Counted from the stretch's first letter, positions 27,232 to 36,925 are shown. The stretch: DNA of 40,827 nt from an uncultured bacterium (GCA_964632485.1 CAZWDO010000028.1:1-40827), one strand, 5' to 3'. Notes: generated from the sequence alone by a model not told the origin. Numbers and translations are program-made.

Positions 27232-28572
27232 ATGATAAAAAAAAACCATTCCCATGAAGAGTTATTTCCAGCTCCTCCACAACCTTCTCCCTTGGCGGAC
27301 AGAATGCGTCCCCGAGTATTTGACGATCTGGTCGGCCAGGAAAAACTCTGTGGTCCGGGGGGAGTTCTACGGGTTTTAATTGAAAAAGATCAACTCATTT
27401 CTTTTTTAATGTGGGGCCCGCCGGGCAGCGGTAAAACCACTATCGCGCAGATCGTTGCTGAGCACACACGGGCTTTTTTCCAACCATTTTCAGCCGTCGC
27501 TTCCAGCATTACCGAACTCCGGCAACTGATACGGCAGGCTGAAGAACGATGGCGCTTTGAACACAGACGCACAATTATTTTTGTGGACGAAATCCACCAT
27601 TTCAACAAATCCCAGCAGGATGCCTTCCTTCCCCATATCGAGCATGGAACCGTAATATTTATCGGCGCCACGACCGAAAACCCCTCTTTTTATGTCAATT
27701 CCGCCCTGCTTTCACGATTAAAGGTATTCACCCTGGAAAAGCTGAAAGATAAAGATATAGAGGCGTTAATCAACCGGGCGCTAACGGATCGGGAACGCGG
27801 ACTTGGAAATCAGGAACTGATTCCTGAGGAGGAGGTGAAAGCGGAAATAGCGCGGCTTTCCTATGGTGATGCGCGAGTAGCCTTTAATCTGTTAGAGACC
27901 TGCGCGATTATGGCCGGGGAGAGGCCGCAGATCAATCGCTCCTTACTGGAAGCTGTCATTGAACAGGGAATTTTATATTATGACAAACAGGGCGAAGAAC
28001 ATTTCAATTTAATTTCGGCATTGCATAAAAGCTTACGCGATTCGGACGTAGATGCCGCGCTCTACTGGACGATGCGCATGGTTAAAGCGGGCGAAAATCC
28101 CCGTTATATCCTGCGCCGTATGATCCGCTTTGCTTCAGAAGATGTGGGTTTGGCGGATCCGCAGGCGCTTTCCAGAGCGCTGGACGCCTTTCACGCCTTT
28201 GAAATCATCGGCCCCCCGGAAGGGTATCTGGCTCTCTTGCAGTGCGCCGCTTACTTAGCTTGCGCGCCCAAAAGCAACGCGCTCTATAAAGCCGAACACC
28301 TGATCAATGATGATATAAAAAAATTCGGCCATTTACCAGTACCCAAAATCATCCGCAATGCGCCCACGGGATTGATGAAATCCTTAGGCTACGGTAAAAA
28401 TTATCAATACGCGCATGACCACGAAGGCGCTATCGTTAATCAGCAGCATTTACCTGAAGCAATCGCCGACCACCAGTATTATATCCCGAGTGAAAGAGGG
28501 CTTGAAAACAAAATAAAAAAATATCTCGATGAACTCAGGGAAGCTCGCAGCCAATCCCCCCAGGCCCGTTAA
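27232..28572 (+). CDS. rarA: Replication-associated recombination protein A (MgsA/RarA)
   Basis: Motifs PLADRMRP, GPPGSGKTT, DEIHHFNKSQQD, GATTENP, ISALHKSLR and ASEDVGLADP. Confidence 0.96.
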   Translation: MIKKNHSHEELFPAPPQPSPLADRMRPRVFDDLVGQEKLCGPGGVLRVLIEKDQLISFLMWGPPGSGKTTIAQIVAEHTRAFFQPFSAVASSITELRQLIRQAEERWRFEHRRTIIFVDEIHHFNKSQQDAFLPHIEHGTVIFIGATTENPSFYVNSALLSRLKVFTLEKLKDKDIEALINRALTDRERGLGNQELIPEEEVKAEIARLSYGDARVAFNLLETCAIMAGERPQINRSLLEAVIEQGILYYDKQGEEHFNLISALHKSLRDSDVDAALYWTMRMVKAGENPRYILRRMIRFASEDVGLADPQALSRALDAFHAFEIIGPPEGYLALLQCAAYLACAPKSNALYKAEHLINDDIKKFGHLPVPKIIRNAPTGLMKSLGYGKNYQYAHDHEGAIVNQQHLPEAIADHQYYIPSERGLENKIKKYLDELREARSQSPQAR

Positions 28573-28978
28573 CGGCAATGATTCGGGGGATATAATCCGC
28601 TTTTTTCTGCAAAAACCGTGAGATCAGCCATATCAATAAAAATGAAACTGATAATGACAACACAATCGTCACAGCCGTCCACCAGCCGTTATTCAAGCGT
28701 TCAGCCAGCGAGTTACCGAGAGTATATCCCAAAACCAAAAACAAAACGGGGACTAAAAAAAACAAAAACGCCAATGCCATGCGCCGGCCTTCCGATAGCG
28801 AGACCGTTACTTTATCGCCGATTTGAGCATGGAGATCATTAAGAACAATCAGTTTAATCTTATGATGATTCATCCCGCACCCGCCTTTTTCATGGCAATT
28901 GCCGCAAGCAGCGCCATCTATGAGCACCTCGCAACGTCCATCATCAAAAATTTTCCCGACAATACCCTTTTCGATCAT
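28535..28978 (-). CDS. RseC/MucC family protein
   Basis: MIEKGIV...ACGNCHEKGGCG...AQIGDKVTV followed by two TM segments. GAAAGGA SD. Confidence 0.8.
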   Translation of the reverse strand: MIEKGIVGKIFDDGRCEVLIDGAACGNCHEKGGCGMNHHKIKLIVLNDLHAQIGDKVTVSLSEGRRMALAFLFFLVPVLFLVLGYTLGNSLAERLNNGWWTAVTIVLSLSVSFLLIWLISRFLQKKADYIPRIIAVNGPGGIGCELP

Positions 28979-29081
28979 TTTCGTTCCTTTCAAATAATCT
29001 CAAGTTAAGCAAATCTACTGCCCTTTATTCAATATACCTCAAAATTTTAACCATTTCCTTTTTTTTTAGTTCCTTTTTTTA

Positions 29082-29110
29082 TTGACAAGATGCTTATTTT
29101 TAGTTATAAT
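29082..29110 (+). promoter_or_regulatory. Consensus sigma70 promoter
   Basis: TTGACA-17 nt-TATAAT. Confidence 0.8.
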
Positions 29111-29143
29111 ATAAATATTAAACCCCAAAGAAGGAGTATTACG

Positions 29144-30022
29144 ATGAAAAAACTATTAATTCTAATGGTAAGTCTTTTACTTACGCTATCCTTTTTCAAT
29201 TGCAGCAAGGATGATGATTCGGACAAGACCCAGGTCGAGAAGATTTCGGTTGAAAACTCGCAGGAAATTATGGAAATTTATATGGGTTCCATCAATCGCA
29301 GTATGATGACTGTTACGCGGATGATGGGCGGCATGACGCTCCCCACCGGACGCGCCATGTCTGCCACTGAACGCCAGGCTTATTCTTATCTCGCAAAGGC
29401 GCCTCAGACCCTGGTTGACACTACCATCACGATCGTCAACGACTCGGAATACGTCCAAATCCATATCGCCGTTGCTCAAAAACTGAACATCGATATGGTG
29501 TATAAAACCGCTACCGATACTATGGACAGCGAATTTGAGCTGACCCTGTACGATTCCTTCAATCAAGTGATTATTCTGGACGATACTTCGGGGTTGGATA
29601 ATACGCCGGTCGCTAAAGCAGTGGTTGTTTACGATTTTTATTCATCTATCCTGGACCCGGAATTGGGACGCATAAAAGATGAGGGTGACGGAAATTATAC
29701 CATTCAATTCGAACGTTCAATTTTAGATAGTTCGACCATCTCTCTTAACGGTAGTGGCCATGAAAAAACCAATTATCAAAATAAAACGTATGAATTAAGC
29801 ATAACCATTGCGAATTTGGTAATGCCTCTCTCCATTGCTTCTGAGAGCGAAGAACCCAGTGGATACCCAACCAGCGGTACGGTCAAAATGCAGGATGGAG
29901 ACGGCAATTATATACTGCTCACTTTCAACGGTACGGCGATAGTGACAATGACGGTCAAAGACGGAGGACAGACTTATACATTTACGTTTAATCTGGAAAC
30001 CGGGGAAACGGATCCCGTCTAA
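29144..30022 (+). CDS. Hypothetical lipoprotein
   Basis: AAGGAG SD, signal MKKLLILMVSLLLTLSFFN-C and a beta-rich Thr/Asp-rich body. Confidence 0.8.
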   Translation: MKKLLILMVSLLLTLSFFNCSKDDDSDKTQVEKISVENSQEIMEIYMGSINRSMMTVTRMMGGMTLPTGRAMSATERQAYSYLAKAPQTLVDTTITIVNDSEYVQIHIAVAQKLNIDMVYKTATDTMDSEFELTLYDSFNQVIILDDTSGLDNTPVAKAVVVYDFYSSILDPELGRIKDEGDGNYTIQFERSILDSSTISLNGSGHEKTNYQNKTYELSITIANLVMPLSIASESEEPSGYPTSGTVKMQDGDGNYILLTFNGTAIVTMTVKDGGQTYTFTFNLETGETDPV

Positions 30023-30037
30023 CAGTCAGGAAAACCA

Positions 30038-30319
30038 ATGTCCTTTATAAAAGAACCTGGGAAAAACCTGGGAAGTATTAAAATTTTTACGCTTAGCACC
30101 TGTATCTGGTGCAAGAAAACCAAAAATTTATTAAAGTCGCTTGAGGTGGAATTTGAATATGCGGATATGGATTTGCTGAGCGCTGAAGAGAAACAGGAAC
30201 GGCTGGATGAGATAAAGCGCTGGAATCCGGCATGTTCTTATCCGACTCTGGTGATAAACGAGCGGGAATGTATCGTCGGTTATGATGAAGCTCATATTCG
30301 GAAAATACTGGGACTATGA
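30038..30319 (+). CDS. Glutaredoxin / NrdH-like redoxin
   Basis: TLSTCIWCKK (CxxC), SYPTLVI (cis-Pro) and IVGYDE. Confidence 0.88.
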   Translation: MSFIKEPGKNLGSIKIFTLSTCIWCKKTKNLLKSLEVEFEYADMDLLSAEEKQERLDEIKRWNPACSYPTLVINERECIVGYDEAHIRKILGL

Positions 30320-30846
30320 GCAATGCTCCAATTTCCCGTGAGCAGATCGATGCGCTCTGGCGCCGATTGAAACGGGAAGCGGAATCCGCCGGTTACTATT
30401 TAAATCCCGATGAGGAGTTTAGCCGGGATTTAGTCCAATCATTATTGATCAATCAGGCCCGGTACGGTTACTGGGCCTGTCCTTGCCGCTTAGCCCAGGG
30501 TAAGCGGGAAGATGATCGCGACATTATATGTCCCTGTGATTATCGGGATGCGGATTTGAATGATTTTGACGCATGCTATTGCGCCTTGTACGTCAGCCGG
30601 GAAATCGCCGAAGGAAAAAAAGAGCCACACTCGATTCCTGAACGCCGAAATCAGAATGCTTTAACCGGCAAACAGCCTCAAACAGAAGAAAAACCGCGGC
30701 TTGAAGCCCTCAGCGTAGACAGCATTACCCTACCCTTTCCAGTATGGCGATGTCGGGTATGCGGCTACTTATGCGCGCGGGAAACTCCCCCTAAAATCTG
30801 CCCAATATGCAAAGCCTCCCAGGATCGCTTTGAACGATTTTTATAG
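30316..30846 (+). CDS. Ferredoxin:thioredoxin-reductase catalytic domain fused to a rubredoxin-like domain (FDR-type)
   Basis: CPCR, CPCD and CYC motifs, plus C-terminal CRVCGY...CPIC. ATGA overlap with the redoxin gene. Confidence 0.88.
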   Translation: MSNAPISREQIDALWRRLKREAESAGYYLNPDEEFSRDLVQSLLINQARYGYWACPCRLAQGKREDDRDIICPCDYRDADLNDFDACYCALYVSREIAEGKKEPHSIPERRNQNALTGKQPQTEEKPRLEALSVDSITLPFPVWRCRVCGYLCARETPPKICPICKASQDRFERFL

Positions 30847-30918
30847 AGTCGAAATTTTAACGCTGGCCTATCTTTTCGGAATCAAACCAATTGATATACT
30901 AATTATCGGAATATCAGC

Positions 30919-31584
30919 TTATAAGTGTTCCTCAAAATGTTGAATAAACCTCATAATTTCTTCGGTTGAATTGCGTTCTTTCAGCATCTTGAAAAAATCA
31001 TCCTGTTTACACAAAAAGCTCAATTTGGCTAAAATTTCCAAATGACGGCGCGAATTGGCGCTCAGTACGATAAAGACCGTATGGATGGGTTCTTTATCGA
31101 AAGTTTCATATTCTAAAAAATTCTTTAAAAAATTAATGGAGATACTCTCATTTTCAATATCAGCAATGATTGGATTGCGCGGGTGAGGAATGGCGATACC
31201 ACTCCCAATGGAGGTTGGCATCATCTCCTCCCGGTCAATTAAGGAATAAAGCACCAGGTCCCGGTTCATATCTGATGGTAAATCGATCCGAATCGCGCAC
31301 TGTTTAATCACTTCGATCATCGAAATACCCTCAATGTCATAATATATACCGCCACGCTTTACTAAATCATGGATATAAACAGGCGCCCGATTATCGAACA
31401 ATTCATAGACATGGTTGGAAATGGGTATCTTGTTTCGCTCAATCCATTCCCGTATCTCTCGCCGGTTAAACCGATACTGATCATGAATTTTGTAGGCTGG
31501 TAATTTTCTATCTTCAATCCAGCTTATAATCTCTGATTCCGAAACTCTCAATAATCCAGCCAAATCCTTAATTTTTAAATCCAT
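30919..31584 (-). CDS. Excisionase-type HTH fused to a PTS EIIA (PtsN-like) domain
   Basis: IKDLAGLLRVSESEIISWI...LPAYKI..QYRF (HTH), then REEMMPTSIGSGIAIPHPR (phospho-His) and HLEILAKL. Confidence 0.88.
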   Translation of the reverse strand: MDLKIKDLAGLLRVSESEIISWIEDRKLPAYKIHDQYRFNRREIREWIERNKIPISNHVYELFDNRAPVYIHDLVKRGGIYYDIEGISMIEVIKQCAIRIDLPSDMNRDLVLYSLIDREEMMPTSIGSGIAIPHPRNPIIADIENESISINFLKNFLEYETFDKEPIHTVFIVLSANSRRHLEILAKLSFLCKQDDFFKMLKERNSTEEIMRFIQHFEEHL

Positions 31585-31759
31585 CCAACGCTCCCGGCTA
31601 TATGTTAACAGGTCCCTGGTTTACGCAAAGCATTCCGCATCGGACAACAAACTCGGAAAACTCAACCTGCGCATGAGTTAAGCAAATACAGGTCAAAATT
31701 TTGTTCAGTACTACCGGCGGCGCAATAAACAGCAGCTTGCCTTTGAACAACTCAAGTTA

Positions 31760-31788
31760 ATCTTAATAAAATTAAACAGGAATGTCAA
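31760..31788 (-). promoter_or_regulatory. Sigma70 promoter of the HTH-PtsN gene
   Basis: TTGACA-17 nt-TAAGAT. Confidence 0.65.
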
Positions 31789-31795
31789 GCTTTAA

Positions 31796-33085
31796 TTAAC
31801 AATTTTTTTTAATTAATCGCAATAATGACTTTAATTCGGAGTCCAAAATAAAAACCGGGCAGTTTAATCTCTTTTCAAGCATCTCAAGGGAAAAATCATC
31901 GAGCAGTAATTGGCCAGAATTCAGACAATTATCGGGCAAAAACAACAGATCCGGCAATGGTCTATTTGCCAGCGCATGGACAATTGACGCCCCGTCAAGC
32001 AAACCGGACACCGTAACATCGGGACCCAACAAGCGATTTTCGACTGGGAAGAGGCTGACAGAGATAAGGGGAAAGCGGTTTAGCGGTTGGACCCAAAATT
32101 CATCCAGCCAGGCGACGGCGGAGATTCCGGTGATAAAACCGATCGAAAGGGGTTGAATTAAGGGGTGTTTTGCTAAATACTTCAACAATTTTAAGCGATA
32201 GAAATCGAGGTAAGCCAGCATCCCGATACCGTTTTCAATCTGCTCAAATTGTTCATATTCGCTGAAAGCGGGGATCGGTTCCCCGGCCAGCAGGTAAAAC
32301 TCGTCCGCCGCGAAGACAAAACGGGAGCCGAAACGCTGGAGACAAGTTTTTTGCCAGTCGCTCGCGATTTGCAGACAATCAGCGGCGTCAGATCGAGTTA
32401 CGGGTTGCAATACAGGCAATCCACTGCGATGAGCCGTCATCCCCAGCGGGACTATCCCGACGGTGGCAACTCCCGGATAAAACGGAAGCAAGTCATTAAT
32501 TGCGCGTTGCAGATGGTCTCCGTCATTGATCCCCGGGCACAGCACGATTTGAGTATGCAATGTGATACCGGCTTGGGTCAGCCTCCGGATCAATTCGAGA
32601 ATTGAGCCGGCATTTTTGTGGCCCAGCATCGAGCGGCGCAAATCCGGTTCCGTCGTGTGCACCGACAGATAAAGAGGAGATAGGCGGATTCGTTTAATTT
32701 TTTCGATATCCCGTTCGGTCAAGGTGGTACCCGTAATAAAATTGCCATACAAAAAAGAATGGCGGTAATCTTCATCCTTAATATAAAGCGTCGAGCGCAA
32801 ACCCTCAGGTAATTGATCGATGAAACAAAAAATGCACTGATTGGCGCATTGACGCAAAGGGGGATCAGCCACCTCGATCACCAATTCTTCCGACTGATCG
32901 ACATCCAGGCTGAGGATTTGACCCTCCTGTTTGGATATTTCCAGATGCCAGGGACCTTCAAGGGACGAATAGTCCACATCAAACTGGTCATCAATTATCA
33001 GTTTATTGATTGACAGAAGGGTATCGCCTGGGCGAACCTTTTTTGATAACCAGACGGGCGCTTCGATATGTTCAATTTGAATCAT
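31796..33085 (-). CDS. PDZ plus radical-SAM-like Fe-S protein (DUF512 type)
   Basis: Motifs CANQCIFCFIDQLP, LYIKDEDYR.SFLYGNF, QIVLCPGINDG, ADEFYL and QIENGIG. Confidence 0.88.
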   Translation of the reverse strand: MIQIEHIEAPVWLSKKVRPGDTLLSINKLIIDDQFDVDYSSLEGPWHLEISKQEGQILSLDVDQSEELVIEVADPPLRQCANQCIFCFIDQLPEGLRSTLYIKDEDYRHSFLYGNFITGTTLTERDIEKIKRIRLSPLYLSVHTTEPDLRRSMLGHKNAGSILELIRRLTQAGITLHTQIVLCPGINDGDHLQRAINDLLPFYPGVATVGIVPLGMTAHRSGLPVLQPVTRSDAADCLQIASDWQKTCLQRFGSRFVFAADEFYLLAGEPIPAFSEYEQFEQIENGIGMLAYLDFYRLKLLKYLAKHPLIQPLSIGFITGISAVAWLDEFWVQPLNRFPLISVSLFPVENRLLGPDVTVSGLLDGASIVHALANRPLPDLLFLPDNCLNSGQLLLDDFSLEMLEKRLNCPVFILDSELKSLLRLIKKNC

Positions 33086-33101
33086 AATATTAATCCATAA
33101 T

Positions 33102-34046
33102 TTAAGCGGTTTTATATTTCATCAGCAATTCATAAGCGCTGCTAATCTGTTGAAACTTTTCTTTAGCTTTATTCCGGAGTTCTTCCGGCATAGTCGCATA
33201 ACGATCCGGATGGTATTCTTTGGCCAACCGGCGGTAGGATTTTTTGATTTCCTCGGTCGTGGCGTTGGGTTTAAGACCGAAAAGGTTCCAGGCCGCCTCC
33301 AACTCATTTTGACGCGATTGGGTGGAAGTTTGGGAATATTGGTATCCGCCGCTGTTTTCCTGCGCCCGGCTATAATAGGCAATCTGCTTGATATAATTAA
33401 TAATGGATGGCGGTAAATTGAAATAGGTTTCCAGCCATTGCAACAATGAAAACTGCTCTGGATGATTCATTCCGGTATCGTAGGCAATTTCATAAAGAAT
33501 CTGGAAATAAAGAATCAGATAAAGCTGACGATCGCGCGGAGTGGATTGGCGCATAATCAGGTGATCAAAAAAATAGGCATTATAGCCAGCAAAAGATTGA
33601 TAATCGATATCCCGGCCGGCAGATGTTAAAAAATTGCGGGTAAATTCGATACTATCCCGAATCAAAGCATGGTTGACAGAGGGTCCAAAATGGCGGATCA
33701 TCGATTGCCGTAACGAAATCATTTCGTTTTCAGTCACCTGGCCATCCACTTTCGCCAGCGTATAGGCATTGGATGCCGTTAAAATCAAAAAAACATGTTG
33801 GGGATGGGACCCATAACGGCCCACCAACGCTTCAAACCCTCTGACATAAGTATCTGAGGGAATGATCTCAGCATCCCCGCTGAAAAACCTGGAAAATGGA
33901 TTCTGCTGATGACTATAAGAACGATCCCTGCCGAAAAAAAAGGACAGGGAGATAAACATTAAAAAAAGAAAGAGAAACAGATTGCCGCTGAGAAAAGCCG
34001 AAAAAGCCAGGTAGAAAAATATAAACCCGATAATAGCGCGAAACAT
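33102..34046 (-). CDS. DjlA-like membrane-anchored TerB plus J-domain co-chaperone
   Basis: N-terminal TM segments, [12 protein letters not shown], and a C-terminal J domain [16 protein letters not shown]...FQQISSAYE. Confidence 0.85.
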   Translation of the reverse strand: MFRAIIGFIFFYLAFSAFLSGNLFLFLFLMFISLSFFFGRDRSYSHQQNPFSRFFSGDAEIIPSDTYVRGFEALVGRYGSHPQHVFLILTASNAYTLAKVDGQVTENEMISLRQSMIRHFGPSVNHALIRDSIEFTRNFLTSAGRDIDYQSFAGYNAYFFDHLIMRQSTPRDRQLYLILYFQILYEIAYDTGMNHPEQFSLLQWLETYFNLPPSIINYIKQIAYYSRAQENSGGYQYSQTSTQSRQNELEAAWNLFGLKPNATTEEIKKSYRRLAKEYHPDRYATMPEELRNKAKEKFQQISSAYELLMKYKTA

Positions 34047-34047
34047 A

Positions 34048-34365
34048 TCAGACCAACAAACCGATCAGAAAATCAAAAACAAAATAGCTCAAAACCGTTA
34101 GGCTAACGGCAAGCGTCCAGAATTGACGGGACGATTGACGGCGCAATTGCCGGAATTGATCCACAAAATTCTTCAAATTTTCGCGCCAGGAATGGTTACG
34201 GTTCCACGCCATATTTGGAACACGCTGTATCTGCAGCATAAAAGAGGATTGACAGGCAGGACAGGAAATCCGAAGATTGCCCTTATTAATGGGGAAACGC
34301 AACAATTGCCCGCATTGGGGGCAAGAACGCGTGGCGGTAAACAACCGCTTGAACCATTTTTTCAT
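34048..34365 (-). CDS. Zinc-ribbon protein with a C-terminal TM segment
   Basis: [24 protein letters not shown] and a hydrophobic C-terminus. Abuts both neighbouring genes. Confidence 0.75.
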   Translation of the reverse strand: MKKWFKRLFTATRSCPQCGQLLRFPINKGNLRISCPACQSSFMLQIQRVPNMAWNRNHSWRENLKNFVDQFRQLRRQSSRQFWTLAVSLTVLSYFVFDFLIGLLV

Positions 34366-34952
34366 CAGTAAAGATTCTTCAGGGAGCGAAGATTTTCGAC
34401 AAGATTTTCCAGATGTGCGCCGAATTGGCCGTCAATTTGGCCCTTGATCTGACCCCATACCTTTTGAAATTCCGGATGCTGAGCCGGGTCAATATCGACT
34501 GGCATTCCCATTTGCTGGCTCATTTGAGCGCTCATCTGATCCATTTGATCAGAAAACTGGTTTTTCAGGTTTTCATAATAGCGTTTCAATTGGTCGCCAT
34601 AAGAAGTTAAATGTTGAAGGATACTTTGGTAAATAGGATCCACTTTCCCCGGCTTCTCTTTAATCCTGCGTAAAGCGCTGAAAACATTATCCATTAACAT
34701 CTCATTAACGACTGGAACCAAAGAAATATGGCGAAGCAACAAATTCTGCATCATATTGATCAATTCACTTCGGTGCTCTTTACCAATATCGGTCAACAGG
34801 TTATCCAGTTTAGACGCCGGGTTTTCCAGCAATTCATGAGCGATAATACCAGCCTTCTTTTCCAATTCCATCAGGGCGATTTTTGCAGGGTCCACCTGGA
34901 TGGTTGAAGCCCGTTCCAGAGCAATTTCTAAAGCTGTTTTAATTCTTGCCAT
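34365..34952 (-). CDS. Conserved hypothetical helical protein (possibly DUF6657-like)
   Basis: AAGGAGA SD, N-terminus MARIKTALEIALERA and DPAQHPEF motif. The family name is from memory and unverified. Confidence 0.75.
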   Translation of the reverse strand: MARIKTALEIALERASTIQVDPAKIALMELEKKAGIIAHELLENPASKLDNLLTDIGKEHRSELINMMQNLLLRHISLVPVVNEMLMDNVFSALRRIKEKPGKVDPIYQSILQHLTSYGDQLKRYYENLKNQFSDQMDQMSAQMSQQMGMPVDIDPAQHPEFQKVWGQIKGQIDGQFGAHLENLVENLRSLKNLY

Positions 34953-34969
34953 TTTAATCTCCTTTTTAT

Positions 34970-35641
34970 CTAGATTTTTTTCAATTCCACATGAGTCAAT
35001 TGTGAGTTGTCGATATATCCCAAAGCATAATATCCTTTTTTTAAAGGTCCGGGATTAACAACATACGTATCAGCCGTTTGAACCGTACCGAGCGCTTCAT
35101 GAATATGGCCGCAGACATGAAGGCGGAATCGAGGTTGAAGTCGACGAATCGCCGGAGAACCGACATGATTTAGCATCACGCGGTCCAAAGAGCCCTGCCC
35201 CGGTTGGTGCGTAACTAAAATTGTGAATGCCGGTGGCAGAGAATTTAATTGATCTTCAATTTTTTCCACTTCATTTTGAAAAATCAGTTCTCCTTTTTCG
35301 TTAACCGTATGAAAAATTGACAAAAGTCCCCCGCTGATTCCGGCTAAACTCAATCCGTCCCGGCTGATGAACCGGGAATGGAGAAACTGTCCCCGCAGGG
35401 AAGGCAACAAGGGTTCTATTTCTGAAAATGGATCGCAATTTCCTAAAACAAAATATACGCAAGCGTCGCCAGCCAGTTCAGCGCAGATATTGTCAAACTC
35501 CCGGATTACCTCCCCGGGTCCGAAATGTGTAATATCCCCGGCGACCAGAATCGTATCGATAGAAACTTCCTTCAGCAAGACCCGCTGGAGATTATCAAGG
35601 TGTCCGTGGATATCGCTCAATAACAGCAATCGTTTTATCAT
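34970..35641 (-). CDS. Calcineurin-like metallophosphoesterase
   Basis: Motifs SDIHG, AGDIT, GNCD, VTHQP, CGHIHE and VNPG. Confidence 0.92.
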   Translation of the reverse strand: MIKRLLLLSDIHGHLDNLQRVLLKEVSIDTILVAGDITHFGPGEVIREFDNICAELAGDACVYFVLGNCDPFSEIEPLLPSLRGQFLHSRFISRDGLSLAGISGGLLSIFHTVNEKGELIFQNEVEKIEDQLNSLPPAFTILVTHQPGQGSLDRVMLNHVGSPAIRRLQPRFRLHVCGHIHEALGTVQTADTYVVNPGPLKKGYYALGYIDNSQLTHVELKKI

Positions 35642-35647
35642 ACGCTA

Positions 35648-35724
35648 AAAATATCAATTTTTTCTTTAAAAGTCAATAGAAAAGCGTAATTTTTTATTGA
35701 CAAAATAAGGATAAACGTTATATT
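35648..35724. promoter_or_regulatory. Back-to-back divergent promoters
   Basis: Minus strand: TTGACT (35676-35671)-17-TATTTT. Plus strand: TTGACA (35697-35702)-16-TATATT. Confidence 0.6.
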
Positions 35725-35731
35725 TCGTAGC

Positions 35732-36925
35732 ATGCGCCACCCATTTCAAGCAAATTACAAAAATCGTCGGTACTGTTATAAAAGCCCTATACTCCGCGCA
35801 ATCTGGTTTGCTTTGGATATGATCGGCAATCGGTTCAGCCATCAACACAACCGGTACGCCAACACACATGGCCGTTTGGGATTGCTGGTCGCTGATCATT
35901 TAGGCGATGCATTGCTGGTAACGCCCATCATTCGACAAATCCAAAAAAAACTACCAGAGATGGAGATCATACTATTGGCAACGGCTTATAACCGGAAAAT
36001 TTTTAATCAATGGGAGGAAAGCGCCCAGGTCGTGGAGATTGAATTGCCCTGGTTAGATAAAACCCGTCCCCGGCAACAACAGATAGCGGGCATATTTAAG
36101 CTGTACCGCGCGCTGGCTGAGCATCGATTGAGTCATTTTATTGACACGCGCAGTGATTTTCGCCACATCATAGCGGCCTGGATGGCCGGAATTCCCTATC
36201 GAGCCGGATTCACATTCAGCGGCGCCGGTTTTCTGCTGACTCATCCCGCTCAGTTCTCCTACCGGCCGGATTATATAAAAAATTATCAGCCCACAAATAA
36301 ATTGAAATTATTAACTGCATTCTGGGGAGAGACAATCGCTACTGATTTCGATCCCCATCCGTTCTATCGTTTTAACATAAAATTTCAAGCTCAACACTAT
36401 GTGGAATCCCAAGTGGATAAACCCTATTTAGTATTGCAATTAGGCGGAGGGGGACCCGGGCATGTCAACCGGTTTCCTGAACACTTAGTGATGCCATTGC
36501 TTGAACGGTTTCAAGAGGCTTTCCCGTGGTATTTAATAATAGTGGGACTGAAACGGGAAAGCGGAGAAATTTTAATTCCTCCCCGAGAACGGATACTCGA
36601 TTTGCGTGACGCCACTGATCTCGATCAATTGGCCGCTCTGGTCCGGCATGCCCGCATAGCGCTGACCTCCTCTTCCCTGGTCCTTCATTTAGCGGCGGCT
36701 TTCGCTGTTCCCAGTATCACAATCTACAGTCGCCGGGACAGTCCACTGCTCTGGCATGCCCGGGGCCCGCTCCATTGGGGGATCATGGCTGCCGGGAAAA
36801 TATGTTCACTTTGTGAAACAACACGTTGCGTGGAGGAAAGCTGTCTCACCGATATTCGAATTGATTCTGTATGGAATAAAATTATCAAAATGATGGAGAT
36901 AATAGATGCCCCCTCAAGGACTTAA
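35732..36925 (+). CDS. Glycosyltransferase family 9 (heptosyltransferase-like)
   Basis: Motifs DHLGDALLVTP, LDLRDATDLDQLAAL and SSLVLHLAAAFAVP. Confidence 0.88.
   Translation: MRHPFQANYKNRRYCYKSPILRAIWFALDMIGNRFSHQHNRYANTHGRLGLLVADHLGDALLVTPIIRQIQKKLPEMEIILLATAYNRKIFNQWEESAQVVEIELPWLDKTRPRQQQIAGIFKLYRALAEHRLSHFIDTRSDFRHIIAAWMAGIPYRAGFTFSGAGFLLTHPAQFSYRPDYIKNYQPTNKLKLLTAFWGETIATDFDPHPFYRFNIKFQAQHYVESQVDKPYLVLQLGGGGPGHVNRFPEHLVMPLLERFQEAFPWYLIIVGLKRESGEILIPPRERILDLRDATDLDQLAALVRHARIALTSSSLVLHLAAAFAVPSITIYSRRDSPLLWHARGPLHWGIMAAGKICSLCETTRCVEESCLTDIRIDSVWNKIIKMMEIIDAPSRT

Noticed and set aside
28535..28572. 38-nt convergent overlap of rarA and the RseC gene
   Set aside because: Short tail-to-tail overlaps in low-complexity C-termini are common, and nothing suggests a function.
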